From Endomicrobiales bacterium (lineage in GTDB: Bacteria; Elusimicrobiota; Endomicrobiia; Endomicrobiales; JALOBY01), in NCBI GenBank assembly GCA_963796955.1, contig CAWCNJ010000001.1, positions 1-16,205 of the forward strand: a stretch of DNA of 16,205 nt, in the 5' to 3' direction. Of the stretch, positions 1-6,344 are shown piece after piece (within the stretch, counting starts at the first letter, position 1; every line of letters starts with the position of its first letter). The notes beneath the pieces were generated by a model. The model was not told the DNA's origin. It saw nothing but the letters and a program-made list of their open reading frames with translations, and searched no databases. Made by a program: the position numbers and the translations under genes.

Positions 1-23
1 CCTTTACAGATGGAGTTCAACGT

Positions 24-280
24 TTAATTTAGCTGGGTACTCCTCCATGCCGCTGGGCAACTTTTTTCGCTTCTTGCTATGGCACGCCCGAGATTTTTTT
101 ACGGCCTGCTGAATGCAGCTGAGCAATTTTTCTCAACTTTGTCCGGGCCCCTGGGCCAGCAAGTCGGGGTAGGTTTAATTTCGTTTGCACTTTGAAGATC
201 TTGCTTTTAAGCACTTTTTCCATCTCTGCAAGTCTGCCGCGCATCGCCATTGCTTCTTTTGCCATTTTAAATAATTCCAT
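24..280 (-). pseudogene. ybaB: Degraded mirror copy of ybaB/ebfC (probable artifact)
   Basis: Reads MELFKMAKEAMAMRGRLAEMEKVLKSKIF, then a deletion and frameshift relative to 1205..1504. Confidence 0.8.
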
Positions 281-281
281 G

Positions 282-544
282 TTACTCTCCCTTTCTATAA
301 TAAAAAAGTGCGCAAACGGTAAGCCTGTAAATAATACTATATTCGCCACGCAAAATGTTTTCCAGACTATATCGTGTGAATGAAGGCCCGAAGGGACACG
401 GCCGCAAGACACACCCAATACGCCCATGGTCCCGTTGACCACTGGAAATAATCTCAGAAGACTTGCGCTTAACGATTTTATGATCATGGGTATATTGGTA
501 AGCGGCAGCGCGATGGAGGCGACAAGAGCTATGGTTTCTATCAT
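282..544 (-). pseudogene. Degraded mirror copy of the SemiSWEET/PQ-loop gene (probable artifact)
   Basis: MIETIALVASIALPLTNIPMIIK and PSGLHSHDIVWKTFCVANIVLFTG are identical to the right-arm copy, interrupted by frameshifts. Confidence 0.8.
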
Positions 545-751
545 CCCTTTATCTGATCCGGGTACTGTTCAAGTTCGTCGTGGATTACCGACAATTCCTC
601 ACAATCCCGGCTTCTGCAACTGGTGCTATAATGCGCGGCGTGATACTGTTTTTCCGCCACAACGCGCTTTATGCCGCGTTAATTATCATTTTAGTGCAAA
701 CCAGGCAGGTCGAACAGCACGGTCCCGCTGCACGGGTGTGTTTCCACCAAC

Positions 752-940
752 GGCGGGACCATCGATAAAAAACTCAGTTGCGGGCTGGTATGCACTAAAA
801 TGATAATTAACGCCGGCATAAAGCGCATTGTGGCCGAAAAACGGTATCACGCCGCCGCATTATCGCGCCAGTTCCTGCAGGAAGCCGGCATGGAATTGTC
901 GGTAATCCACGACGAACTTGAACAGTATCCGGATCAATAA
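752..940 (+). CDS. dCMP deaminase (ComEB-like cytidine/deoxycytidylate deaminase), C-terminal part only; 5' end lost at the fold-back point
   Basis: 791-940 reads CTKMIINAGIKRIVAEKRYHAAALSRQFLQEAGMELSVIHDELEQYPDQ*. The mirror arm supplies the preceding CLVC, giving the zinc-binding (P)CxxC followed by KMIINAGIKRIV, typical of dCMP deaminases. Not in the ORF track. Confidence 0.8.
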   Translation, partial: GGTIDKKLSCGLVCTKMIINAGIKRIVAEKRYHAAALSRQFLQEAGMELSVIHDELEQYPDQ

Positions 941-944
941 AGGG

Positions 945-1203
945 ATGATCAGAAACCATAGCTCTTGTCGCTTCCATCGCGCTGCCGCTTACCAATATAC
1001 CCATGATCATAAAAATGGTTAAGCGCAAGTCTTCTAAAGATATTTCCATGATCTGGGCAGTCGGCGTGTGGGTGTGTCTTGCGGCCATGCTGCCTTCGGG
1101 CCTTCATTCACACGATATAGTCTGGAAAACGTTTTGCGTGGCGAATATAGTATTATTTACAGGCGTTACCGTTTGCGCACTTTATTATAGAAAGGGAGAG
1201 TAA
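945..1203 (+). CDS. SemiSWEET / PQ-loop (MtN3) family small transporter, ~85 aa, with an apparent 1-nt insertion at ~950
   Basis: Removing the C in ATGATCAGAA gives MIETIALVASIALPLTNIPMIIKMVKRKSSKDISMIW...ANIVLF...YRKGE, as read in the mirror copy. It has three hydrophobic helices, a P-x-I-I-K..K-S-S-K-D-I-S motif and a conserved AN in the last helix. Confidence 0.8.
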
Positions 1204-1204
1204 C

Positions 1205-1504
1205 ATGGAATTATTTAAAATGGCAAAAGAAGCAATGGCGATGCGCGGCAAGCTTTCAGAGATGGAAAAAGTGCTTAAAAGCAAGATCTTCGAAGTCAAC
1301 GCCGACGGCCTTACTGTAAAGGTGAACGGTAAATCTGAATTCCTTGAAATTAAACTTACCCCAGAACTGCTGGCCCAGGGCCCGGACAAAGTTGAGAAAA
1401 AATTGCTCAGCTGCATTCAGCAGGCCGTAAAAAAATCTCAGGATGCCATGGCCGAAGAAGCGAAAAAAGTTACCGGCGGCATGAAGATACCCGGCTTAAA
1501 TTAA
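1205..1504 (+). CDS. ybaB: YbaB/EbfC family nucleoid-associated protein
   Basis: 99 aa with an N-terminal helix, GLTVKVNGK..LEIKL.PELL and a C-terminal AVKKSQ..MAEE..KVTGGMKIPG. RBS GGGAG upstream. Confidence 0.93.
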   Translation: MELFKMAKEAMAMRGKLSEMEKVLKSKIFEVNADGLTVKVNGKSEFLEIKLTPELLAQGPDKVEKKLLSCIQQAVKKSQDAMAEEAKKVTGGMKIPGLN

Positions 1505-1509
1505 ACATT

Positions 1510-1544
1510 AAACTCCGTCTGTTAAAGCAGCCGGAGTTTCTTTT
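1510..1544 (+). terminator. Rho-independent terminator after ybaB
   Basis: AAACTCCG-T-CTG...CAG-C-CGGAGTTT stem followed by CTTTT. Confidence 0.75.
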
Positions 1545-1547
1545 ACC

Positions 1548-1576
1548 TTGACAAGGATACATTTGTATCCTATACT
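1548..1576 (+). promoter_or_regulatory. Sigma70 promoter of lexA cassette
   Basis: TTGACA (1548-1553), 17 nt spacer, TATACT (1571-1576). Confidence 0.88.
1554..1571. promoter_or_regulatory. Palindromic operator, candidate LexA (SOS) box
   Basis: AGGATACA-TT-TGTATCCT is a perfect 8-bp inverted repeat filling the -35/-10 spacer of the lexA promoter. Confidence 0.75.
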
Positions 1577-1613
1577 AACCATAGAGCGTTTATCGTATAG
1601 AATGGAGATGAAC

Positions 1614-2201
1614 ATGGAACAAGTTTCAGGACGGCGTAAGGATATCTTAGATTTTGTTACTGCCCATACCGCGGAAACCGGCTCAGCACCCACCTTGCGC
1701 GAGATAGCCAGCCATTTCCGTATCACGGTAGGGCCGGTGCAAAGGCATCTGGCCGCGCTTGTTGGCGGCGGTTACCTGCAGCATGTTGCGGGTCGTTCCC
1801 GGGGGCTTGTAGCAGCAGGCCATAAGCCTATGGCCCGCCTGCCGGTCCTGGGCCGCGTTCCCGCAGGTATGCCCATGGAGGCTGTGGAAAGCATAGAAGA
1901 TTATATCTACGTTGACAAAGCCATAGTTAAAGCCGGCACCTATTTCGCCCTGCGGGTAAAAGGCGACAGCATGATAAACGCCGGCATTTACGATGGCGAC
2001 ACCGTAGTAGTGCGTCACCAGTCCACCGCCGAAGACGACGAGATAGTAGTAGCCAAAATAGACGGTGAAGCAACGGTCAAGCGCCTGCGCAAAAAAAATG
2101 ATACGGTTTTCCTTCAACCCGAGAACCCCCATTACCCCATCATCCGCGCCGATAACATAGAAATAGTAGGCAAAGTTGTTTATTTGACGAGAAAGATATA
2201 G
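1614..2201 (+). CDS. lexA: LexA SOS repressor (winged HTH plus S24 peptidase)
   Basis: PTLREIA helix-turn-helix, Ala-Gly cleavage site in GRVPAGMP, catalytic Ser in VKGDSM and catalytic Lys in ATVKR. Start placed at ATG 1614 after GGAG (1604-1607), not at the ORF-track TTG 1548, which is the -35 box. Confidence 0.96.
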   Translation: MEQVSGRRKDILDFVTAHTAETGSAPTLREIASHFRITVGPVQRHLAALVGGGYLQHVAGRSRGLVAAGHKPMARLPVLGRVPAGMPMEAVESIEDYIYVDKAIVKAGTYFALRVKGDSMINAGIYDGDTVVVRHQSTAEDDEIVVAKIDGEATVKRLRKKNDTVFLQPENPHYPIIRADNIEIVGKVVYLTRKI

Positions 2202-2210
2202 CAGGTATTT

Positions 2211-2459
2211 ATGGATTCGGAAATAATTGATGAAGTTATTGATGTGGGGGCGGTGTTCGGGAAGGCTGGGATAAAACCGAAATGGTTCGTATGGGAAGGG
2301 CGCAAATACGCCCTTAAAGAAGTGGCCTACACCTGGAAAGATACCGAGGGAAATTCGGTGATCATGCATTTTTCGGTAACAGACGGTGCGACTCAATTCG
2401 AACTCACCTTTAACCAAAAATCAATGGTTTGGCGATTGGCTCGAACTGCTGTGGTTTAG
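2211..2459 (+). CDS. Small beta-rich protein, DUF6504-like, associated with Y-family polymerases
   Basis: 82 aa with the pattern P.WF.WEGRKY...EV...W......HFSV.....FEL.F......W.L. It lies 9 nt after lexA, with AGG upstream. Family assigned from memory of the motif, not from a search. Confidence 0.7.
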   Translation: MDSEIIDEVIDVGAVFGKAGIKPKWFVWEGRKYALKEVAYTWKDTEGNSVIMHFSVTDGATQFELTFNQKSMVWRLARTAVV

Positions 2460-2526
2460 AATTTAGAGACTGTTCGTGGCCTCTCGGCTTGAATGCTTAT
2501 ACTACGTATGCGAGTTGGCTGTATAT

Positions 2527-2724
2527 CGTGAAGGGTGTCCAAGTTTTTCCCGGCCTCGGTAGATGCACTTCGATCGGCATATTCTGCGGTCGCGAACTTG
2601 CCCCGTACCCCTCTTCAACAGACTTTGGAACGGGGCTTCAAACAGGCGCGACCGAAGGAAAGAATATGCCTCACTCGTTGACGCATCAAGCTCGGCCTAC
2701 GGAAAAACTCGGACACCCTTCACG
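2527..2724 (-). ncRNA. Rod-shaped structured element, copy A (unknown RNA or ssDNA motif)
   Basis: Nested stems 2527-2550/2701-2724 (23 of 24 paired), 2552-2555/2694-2697, 2562-2566/2683-2687, 2576-2584/2662-2670, 2587-2594/2647-2654 and 2600-2606/2630-2636. The single A-C mismatch in the outer stem is G-U on the minus strand. Confidence 0.65.
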
Positions 2725-2741
2725 GGTGTTTACAATGTATG

Positions 2742-2930
2742 CGGCGGAGTTGCTTGTGCGTAGTAAATCCCTCTAGCCGACAATGAGGTGAGCGATCTTC
2801 ATTCCTTCGGCTCAGCTGTTTGAGCCCCACTCCAAAGTATTTTGAATGGGGTGTGGGGCGAGTTCTGAGCCGGCGAAGATAGCGATCCGAAATGGCTAGC
2901 CGGATTTACGAAGCACAAGCAACTGCGCCG
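2742..2930 (+). ncRNA. Rod-shaped structured element, copy B (inverted homolog of copy A)
   Basis: Nested stems 2742-2746/2926-2930, 2748-2759/2913-2924, 2763-2770/2902-2909, 2773-2778/2894-2899, 2792-2800/2875-2883, 2808-2815/2865-2872 and 2824-2830/2853-2859. Includes a GUA/GAA internal loop and tandem GA pairs. Confidence 0.7.
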
Positions 2931-2988
2931 GACCAAACTTTTGTTAAGCGCGAGAGGTGTAACAAGTAGGTGTATGAGGTGTTAAATT

Positions 2989-4311
2989 ATGGAAAAAACA
3001 ATTGTCTTGCTTGATATGAATGCATTTTTTGCCTCGGTGGAACAGGTTTGTAATCCGGCTCTAAAGGGGAAGCCTATTGGGGTGTGCGGCGAACGGGTTC
3101 GGCGCTCTGTGGAGGGGGCGGACGGCAAGGTTCATACGGTGGGTGTGCCGATCCGCAGTATAATCACTACCTGTTCTTATGAGGCGCGGGCGCGCGGCGT
3201 AAAGACCGCCATGAGCATTTATGAGGCTCTTAATGCATGCCCCGAACTTATACTGGTGCCCGGTAATATGGATAAATATATTGATACTTCCCGGCGCATT
3301 CACGCGGCGCTGCTGGAATTTACCGATCAGGTTGAAGTGTATTCGATCGACGAATGTTTTATGGATATAACGCATCTGGTAAAAGGGCCTGAGGATGCGA
3401 AGAACGTTTGCCGGGATATTAAAAGACGTATAAAAGAAGAAACCGGTCTGCTTTGTTCCATCGGCGTCGGCCCCAATAAAATGCTGGCGAAGCTGGGCAG
3501 CAAGATGCAAAAGCCCGACGGGCTGGTGGAACTGCACGCAGAAGATGTGCCTGAGAAAGTTTGGCCACTGCCGCTTGAAAAGTTGCAGGGTGTGGGCATT
3601 GGTCCGCGCCTGTGCGAACGTTTGAACCGGCTTGGGATACGTAGCGCGGGAGATCTTGCCCGTACCGATGCAAGGCAGATGGTGGTGCATTTCGGCATAT
3701 ACGGGCATACGCTGCGCGATATAGGCCTCGGCCTGGGCAGCGACCATGTGCGGGGATATTATGAATATGACCAGGCCAAATCCGTTGGACACAGTTATAC
3801 CCTGCCGCGCGATACCTCGGACCTTAAGGTGATAAAGGCATATTTACGCACGCTTTCAGAGCGCGTGGGGGTGCGCATGAGGGAGGCGGGCCTGGTGGGG
3901 CGGACCGTCAGCTGTTATTTGCGGTTTGGGGATTTTTCGGGCATAGGTCGTCAGCATGCGTTAAAGGCCTGTATTAGTTCCGGTGTTGATATATATACGG
4001 CCGCTTGCGGGATATTAAGAGAGTTTCTGCCGTTGAACCAGCCGGTAAGGCTGGTGGGCGTAACCATGTCGGAAGTCGTGCTGGATGGCGGTCAGCAGTT
4101 GTTGTTCGAGGATATGCGAAAACGGGAAACCTTTGAGCACGCGGTGGACGAGATAAATAAGAAGTACGGCGAGTTCACCGTTAAACCAATGGCCGTCATG
4201 GTCTCTGATAATTTTGGCGATGATAAGAAAGTAGGGGCCTTCGGCAAATATTTCATGGGCGGCCCCCCGAAGGATTATCTGGGCGGATTGATAAAGCCGA
4301 AGATCAAATAA
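2989..4311 (+). CDS. dinB: Y-family translesion DNA polymerase IV (DinB)
   Basis: Motifs LDMNAFFASVE, CSYEAR..GVK..M, YSIDECF, SIGVGPNKMLAKLGS...KPDG, HhH GIG and little finger KSVG. RBS GAGGTG upstream. Confidence 0.96.
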   Translation: MEKTIVLLDMNAFFASVEQVCNPALKGKPIGVCGERVRRSVEGADGKVHTVGVPIRSIITTCSYEARARGVKTAMSIYEALNACPELILVPGNMDKYIDTSRRIHAALLEFTDQVEVYSIDECFMDITHLVKGPEDAKNVCRDIKRRIKEETGLLCSIGVGPNKMLAKLGSKMQKPDGLVELHAEDVPEKVWPLPLEKLQGVGIGPRLCERLNRLGIRSAGDLARTDARQMVVHFGIYGHTLRDIGLGLGSDHVRGYYEYDQAKSVGHSYTLPRDTSDLKVIKAYLRTLSERVGVRMREAGLVGRTVSCYLRFGDFSGIGRQHALKACISSGVDIYTAACGILREFLPLNQPVRLVGVTMSEVVLDGGQQLLFEDMRKRETFEHAVDEINKKYGEFTVKPMAVMVSDNFGDDKKVGAFGKYFMGGPPKDYLGGLIKPKIK

Positions 4312-4492
4312 CCCGTTTTTTTATTTTCCAGTTTTTATAGGCGATAAGACCGAAGTGCACAAGCCCAAAACCAAGGGTAATGAAAGCGATTACAATATGA
4401 AAGGGGAACACGTGAAAAATGCCGGCCGCAAAGGTCAGCAGCAATGAAATTCCCGCCAGAATACCCGTAAAATTGATCAATTTAAAAAGCAT
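4304..4492 (-). CDS. Small two-helix membrane protein with His residues (hypothetical)
   Basis: 62 aa, two hydrophobic segments, H-x13-H in the second, basic tail. Starts 2 nt after the rubredoxin stop and overlaps the dinB 3' end by 8 nt convergently. Confidence 0.7.
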   Translation of the reverse strand: MLFKLINFTGILAGISLLLTFAAGIFHVFPFHIVIAFITLGFGLVHFGLIAYKNWKIKKRVI

Positions 4493-4494
4493 TG

Positions 4495-4653
4495 TTATTG
4501 TTTAGAGAATTCCGATTTAGGAGCGCCGCAGACCGGACAAACCCACGTATCGGGTATTTTGTCGAACGGGGTGTTCGGCGCCACGTGATTATCCGGATCT
4601 CCTTCGGCAGGGTCATAAACGTAGCCGCAGACATTGCAAATGTATTTGTCCAT
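4495..4653 (-). CDS. Rubredoxin (52 aa), missed by the ORF track
   Basis: [52 protein letters not shown], with CxxCGY and WxCPxCG motifs. RBS GGAGGA at 4658-4663. Confidence 0.97.
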   Translation of the reverse strand: MDKYICNVCGYVYDPAEGDPDNHVAPNTPFDKIPDTWVCPVCGAPKSEFSKQ

Positions 4654-4665
4654 TTTATCCTCCAT

Positions 4666-5181
4666 TCAGCTGAGTGCCGGCGCTGCATAGGTTGCCGCGT
4701 TCTTCGGTGTTTTTCCGCCCTTTATAAGATGGTAATCGCTATAGGTAAGGGGCGCGGCCGCGCTCACTATTTTTGCTTCTGTTACATCGGCGATAAATAA
4801 CGTGTGGCTGCCGGCATCGGCGGTCTCTATCACCGACGCTTCAATATAGCCTGTGCAATAGTCCGTCGGGATGGGGCAGCCGTTCACGCCGACGATAGAC
4901 TGTATCCCGTCGAATTTTTTTATGTCCCTGCCCGTTTTAAAACCGAACCGGCCTATGAATATAAGAGGTGTGTCTATCGATAAGATCGATGCGGAGAACT
5001 TGCGGCTTTTAATAAGAAGATCGTGGGTATAATTGAGCTTGTTGATGCTGGTTAAAACCCGTACCGGCTGCGCGGTAACCTGGAACATGGTGTTAACGAT
5101 CTGGCCGTTCGAGATGCCGTCCACCGAAGTGCTGACAATATACATTCCATAATTCAGTTTATGCAGTGCTTGAAGGTCCAC
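4666..5181 (-). CDS. Flavin reductase-like (flavoredoxin) protein, N-terminal domain of high-molecular-weight rubredoxin type
   Basis: Motifs YGMYIVS, NGQIVNT.FQVT..P, SINK.NYTH, FGFKTGRD..KF, GSHTLFIA.V and PLTY..YH..KGGKTPKNA.TY. GTG start with GGGAG RBS. Confidence 0.92.
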   Translation of the reverse strand: MDLQALHKLNYGMYIVSTSVDGISNGQIVNTMFQVTAQPVRVLTSINKLNYTHDLLIKSRKFSASILSIDTPLIFIGRFGFKTGRDIKKFDGIQSIVGVNGCPIPTDYCTGYIEASVIETADAGSHTLFIADVTEAKIVSAAAPLTYSDYHLIKGGKTPKNAATYAAPALS

Positions 5182-5217
5182 GGGCTCTCCCAGGTTGCGT
5201 CTGTTGGTACCGCCATA

Positions 5218-5246
5218 ATTGTAGTTTTTAAGGAGGATACTGTCAA
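5218..5246 (-). promoter_or_regulatory. Sigma70 promoter for the flavin reductase-rubredoxin operon
   Basis: Minus strand TTGACA (5246-5241), 17 nt spacer, TACAAT (5223-5218). Confidence 0.8.
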
Positions 5247-5248
5247 GG

Positions 5249-5277
5249 TTGACATTTTCAAAAAGTTATTGTAAACT
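5249..5277 (+). promoter_or_regulatory. Sigma70 promoter for the lacI-glucanase operon
   Basis: TTGACA (5249-5254), 17 nt spacer, TAAACT (5272-5277). Confidence 0.8.
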
Positions 5278-5283
5278 CATGAT

Positions 5284-5297
5284 TGAAAGCGGTTACA
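5284..5297. promoter_or_regulatory. LacI-family operator (cre-like)
   Basis: TGAAAGCGGTTACA fits TGWAANCGNTNWCA with a central CG. It lies at the predicted transcription start, directly upstream of a LacI-family gene. Confidence 0.85.
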
Positions 5298-5324
5298 TTC
5301 AGCCTGAATTTTGAGGAATGTCAG

Positions 5325-6344
5325 ATGAGCATAACGATAAACGAGTTAGCCGATAAATGCGGTGTTTCCACGGCAACAGTTTCACGCGTTCTTAACAACA
5401 GTACGCTGGTGCGCGAAGATACGCGCAAGCGTGTGCTCGACGAGATAAGGTCAAGCAATTATCAGCCGAACTTGATGGCGCGCGCCTTAAGCCGTAACCG
5501 GACCGATACCATCGGTCTTTTCATTCCGCCTGAAACCGTATTGTTCTCTTCGGACTATTTCGCCGGTATCATCCACGGCATGGGCGACGCCGCCCGTATT
5601 CACCGTTTTGATCTGCTGCTGAGCATTCCGCCCGAAGGCGTTCCCTACAGCTATTCGCAGGCCTGGGAAATGAAGCGCTGCGACGGAGTGCTGCTGATAG
5701 CCCCTCTGAAGAACGATCCGAACCTGGCCAGGCTCAAAGACATGAATATCCCGCTCGTGCTGATCAATACCACCTCGGATGATTTTTCCTGTGTCGACGT
5801 TGACAACGTTTCCGGCGCCTACCGGGCCGTTGAGCGCCTGATAGCCCTGGGCCACCGCCGCGTCGCGATAATAAACGGATTGCTGCAGGGTACCAACGGC
5901 ATGGACCGGTTCACCGGCTATCGCAACGCCCTTAAGGCGCACAATATAAATTTTGACACCGATCTTGTTACCGAGGGCGATTACGACCAGGCGAGCGGTT
6001 ACCGTGCCATGAGAAAGCTGCTGGCGCTGCAAAAGCGGCCCACGGCGCTGTTCGCCGCTAACGACAATATGGCCCACGGCGCCCTTATGGCGATCAGGGA
6101 CGCCAGGCTCAAAGTGCCGGAAGATATCGCGGTTATCGGTTTCGACGATCTGCATATCGCATCTCTGTCCACGCCGCGCCTTACCACCATGCGCCAGCCT
6201 CTGTATCAGCTGGGCAAGGCCGCCGTCAGCCTGTTATCCGAAAGGATCAGCGATGTTAAAGCGAAACCCCGCAAAATAATAATAGAACCCGATCTGATAG
6301 TACGGGAATCGTGCGACCCGGCACGGAGAGAGCATCATGCGTAA
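5325..6344 (+). CDS. LacI/GalR family transcriptional regulator
   Basis: [34 protein letters not shown] hinge, and a sugar-binding domain with [21 protein letters not shown] and PRLTT. ATG 5325 follows GAGGA. Confidence 0.96.
   Translation: MSITINELADKCGVSTATVSRVLNNSTLVREDTRKRVLDEIRSSNYQPNLMARALSRNRTDTIGLFIPPETVLFSSDYFAGIIHGMGDAARIHRFDLLLSIPPEGVPYSYSQAWEMKRCDGVLLIAPLKNDPNLARLKDMNIPLVLINTTSDDFSCVDVDNVSGAYRAVERLIALGHRRVAIINGLLQGTNGMDRFTGYRNALKAHNINFDTDLVTEGDYDQASGYRAMRKLLALQKRPTALFAANDNMAHGALMAIRDARLKVPEDIAVIGFDDLHIASLSTPRLTTMRQPLYQLGKAAVSLLSERISDVKAKPRKIIIEPDLIVRESCDPARREHHA

Larger units (their letters stand above)
1..1528. repeat. Large imperfect inverted duplication (fold-back) centred at ~740; left arm 1-~740 is a noisy reverse complement of ~741-1528
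   Basis: GGTCCCGCTG (721-730) pairs with CGGCGGGACC (751-760). TTAATTATCATTTTAGTGCA (679-698) pairs with TGCACTAAAATGATAATTAA (791-810). Bases 1-130 match the reverse complement of ~1400-1528. The left arm has many substitutions and indels plus a ~35-40 nt deletion near 182. Confidence 0.97.

Noticed and set aside
77..803. ORFs 77..544, 192..383, 426..803 and 580..768, including an apparent SemiSWEET-YbaB fusion
   Set aside because: They are products of the error-rich mirror arm, or antisense shadows of real genes.
1548..1613. N-terminal extension of LexA from TTG 1548
   Set aside because: That TTG is the -35 box. An RBS supports ATG 1614.
2498..2510. ATAC-TAC-GTAT as a second LexA box, with an overlapping TATACT -10
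   Set aside because: The spacer is 3 nt rather than 4, the flanks do not match, and there is no -35.
2429..2776. ORFs 2429..2776 and 2563..2763
   Set aside because: No RBS or recognisable motif. They run through hairpin A, whose pattern is explained by base pairing.
2460..2988. CRISPR array, tRNA, known riboswitch, self-cleaving ribozyme, retron or IS as the identity of the intergenic region
   Set aside because: No direct repeat-spacer periodicity, cloverleaf or recognisable catalytic core. No RT or transposase gene, and no evident target-site duplication.
5283..5324. LacI N-terminal extension from TTG 5283
   Set aside because: It overlaps the operator and start site. The HTH begins right after ATG 5325, which has an RBS.
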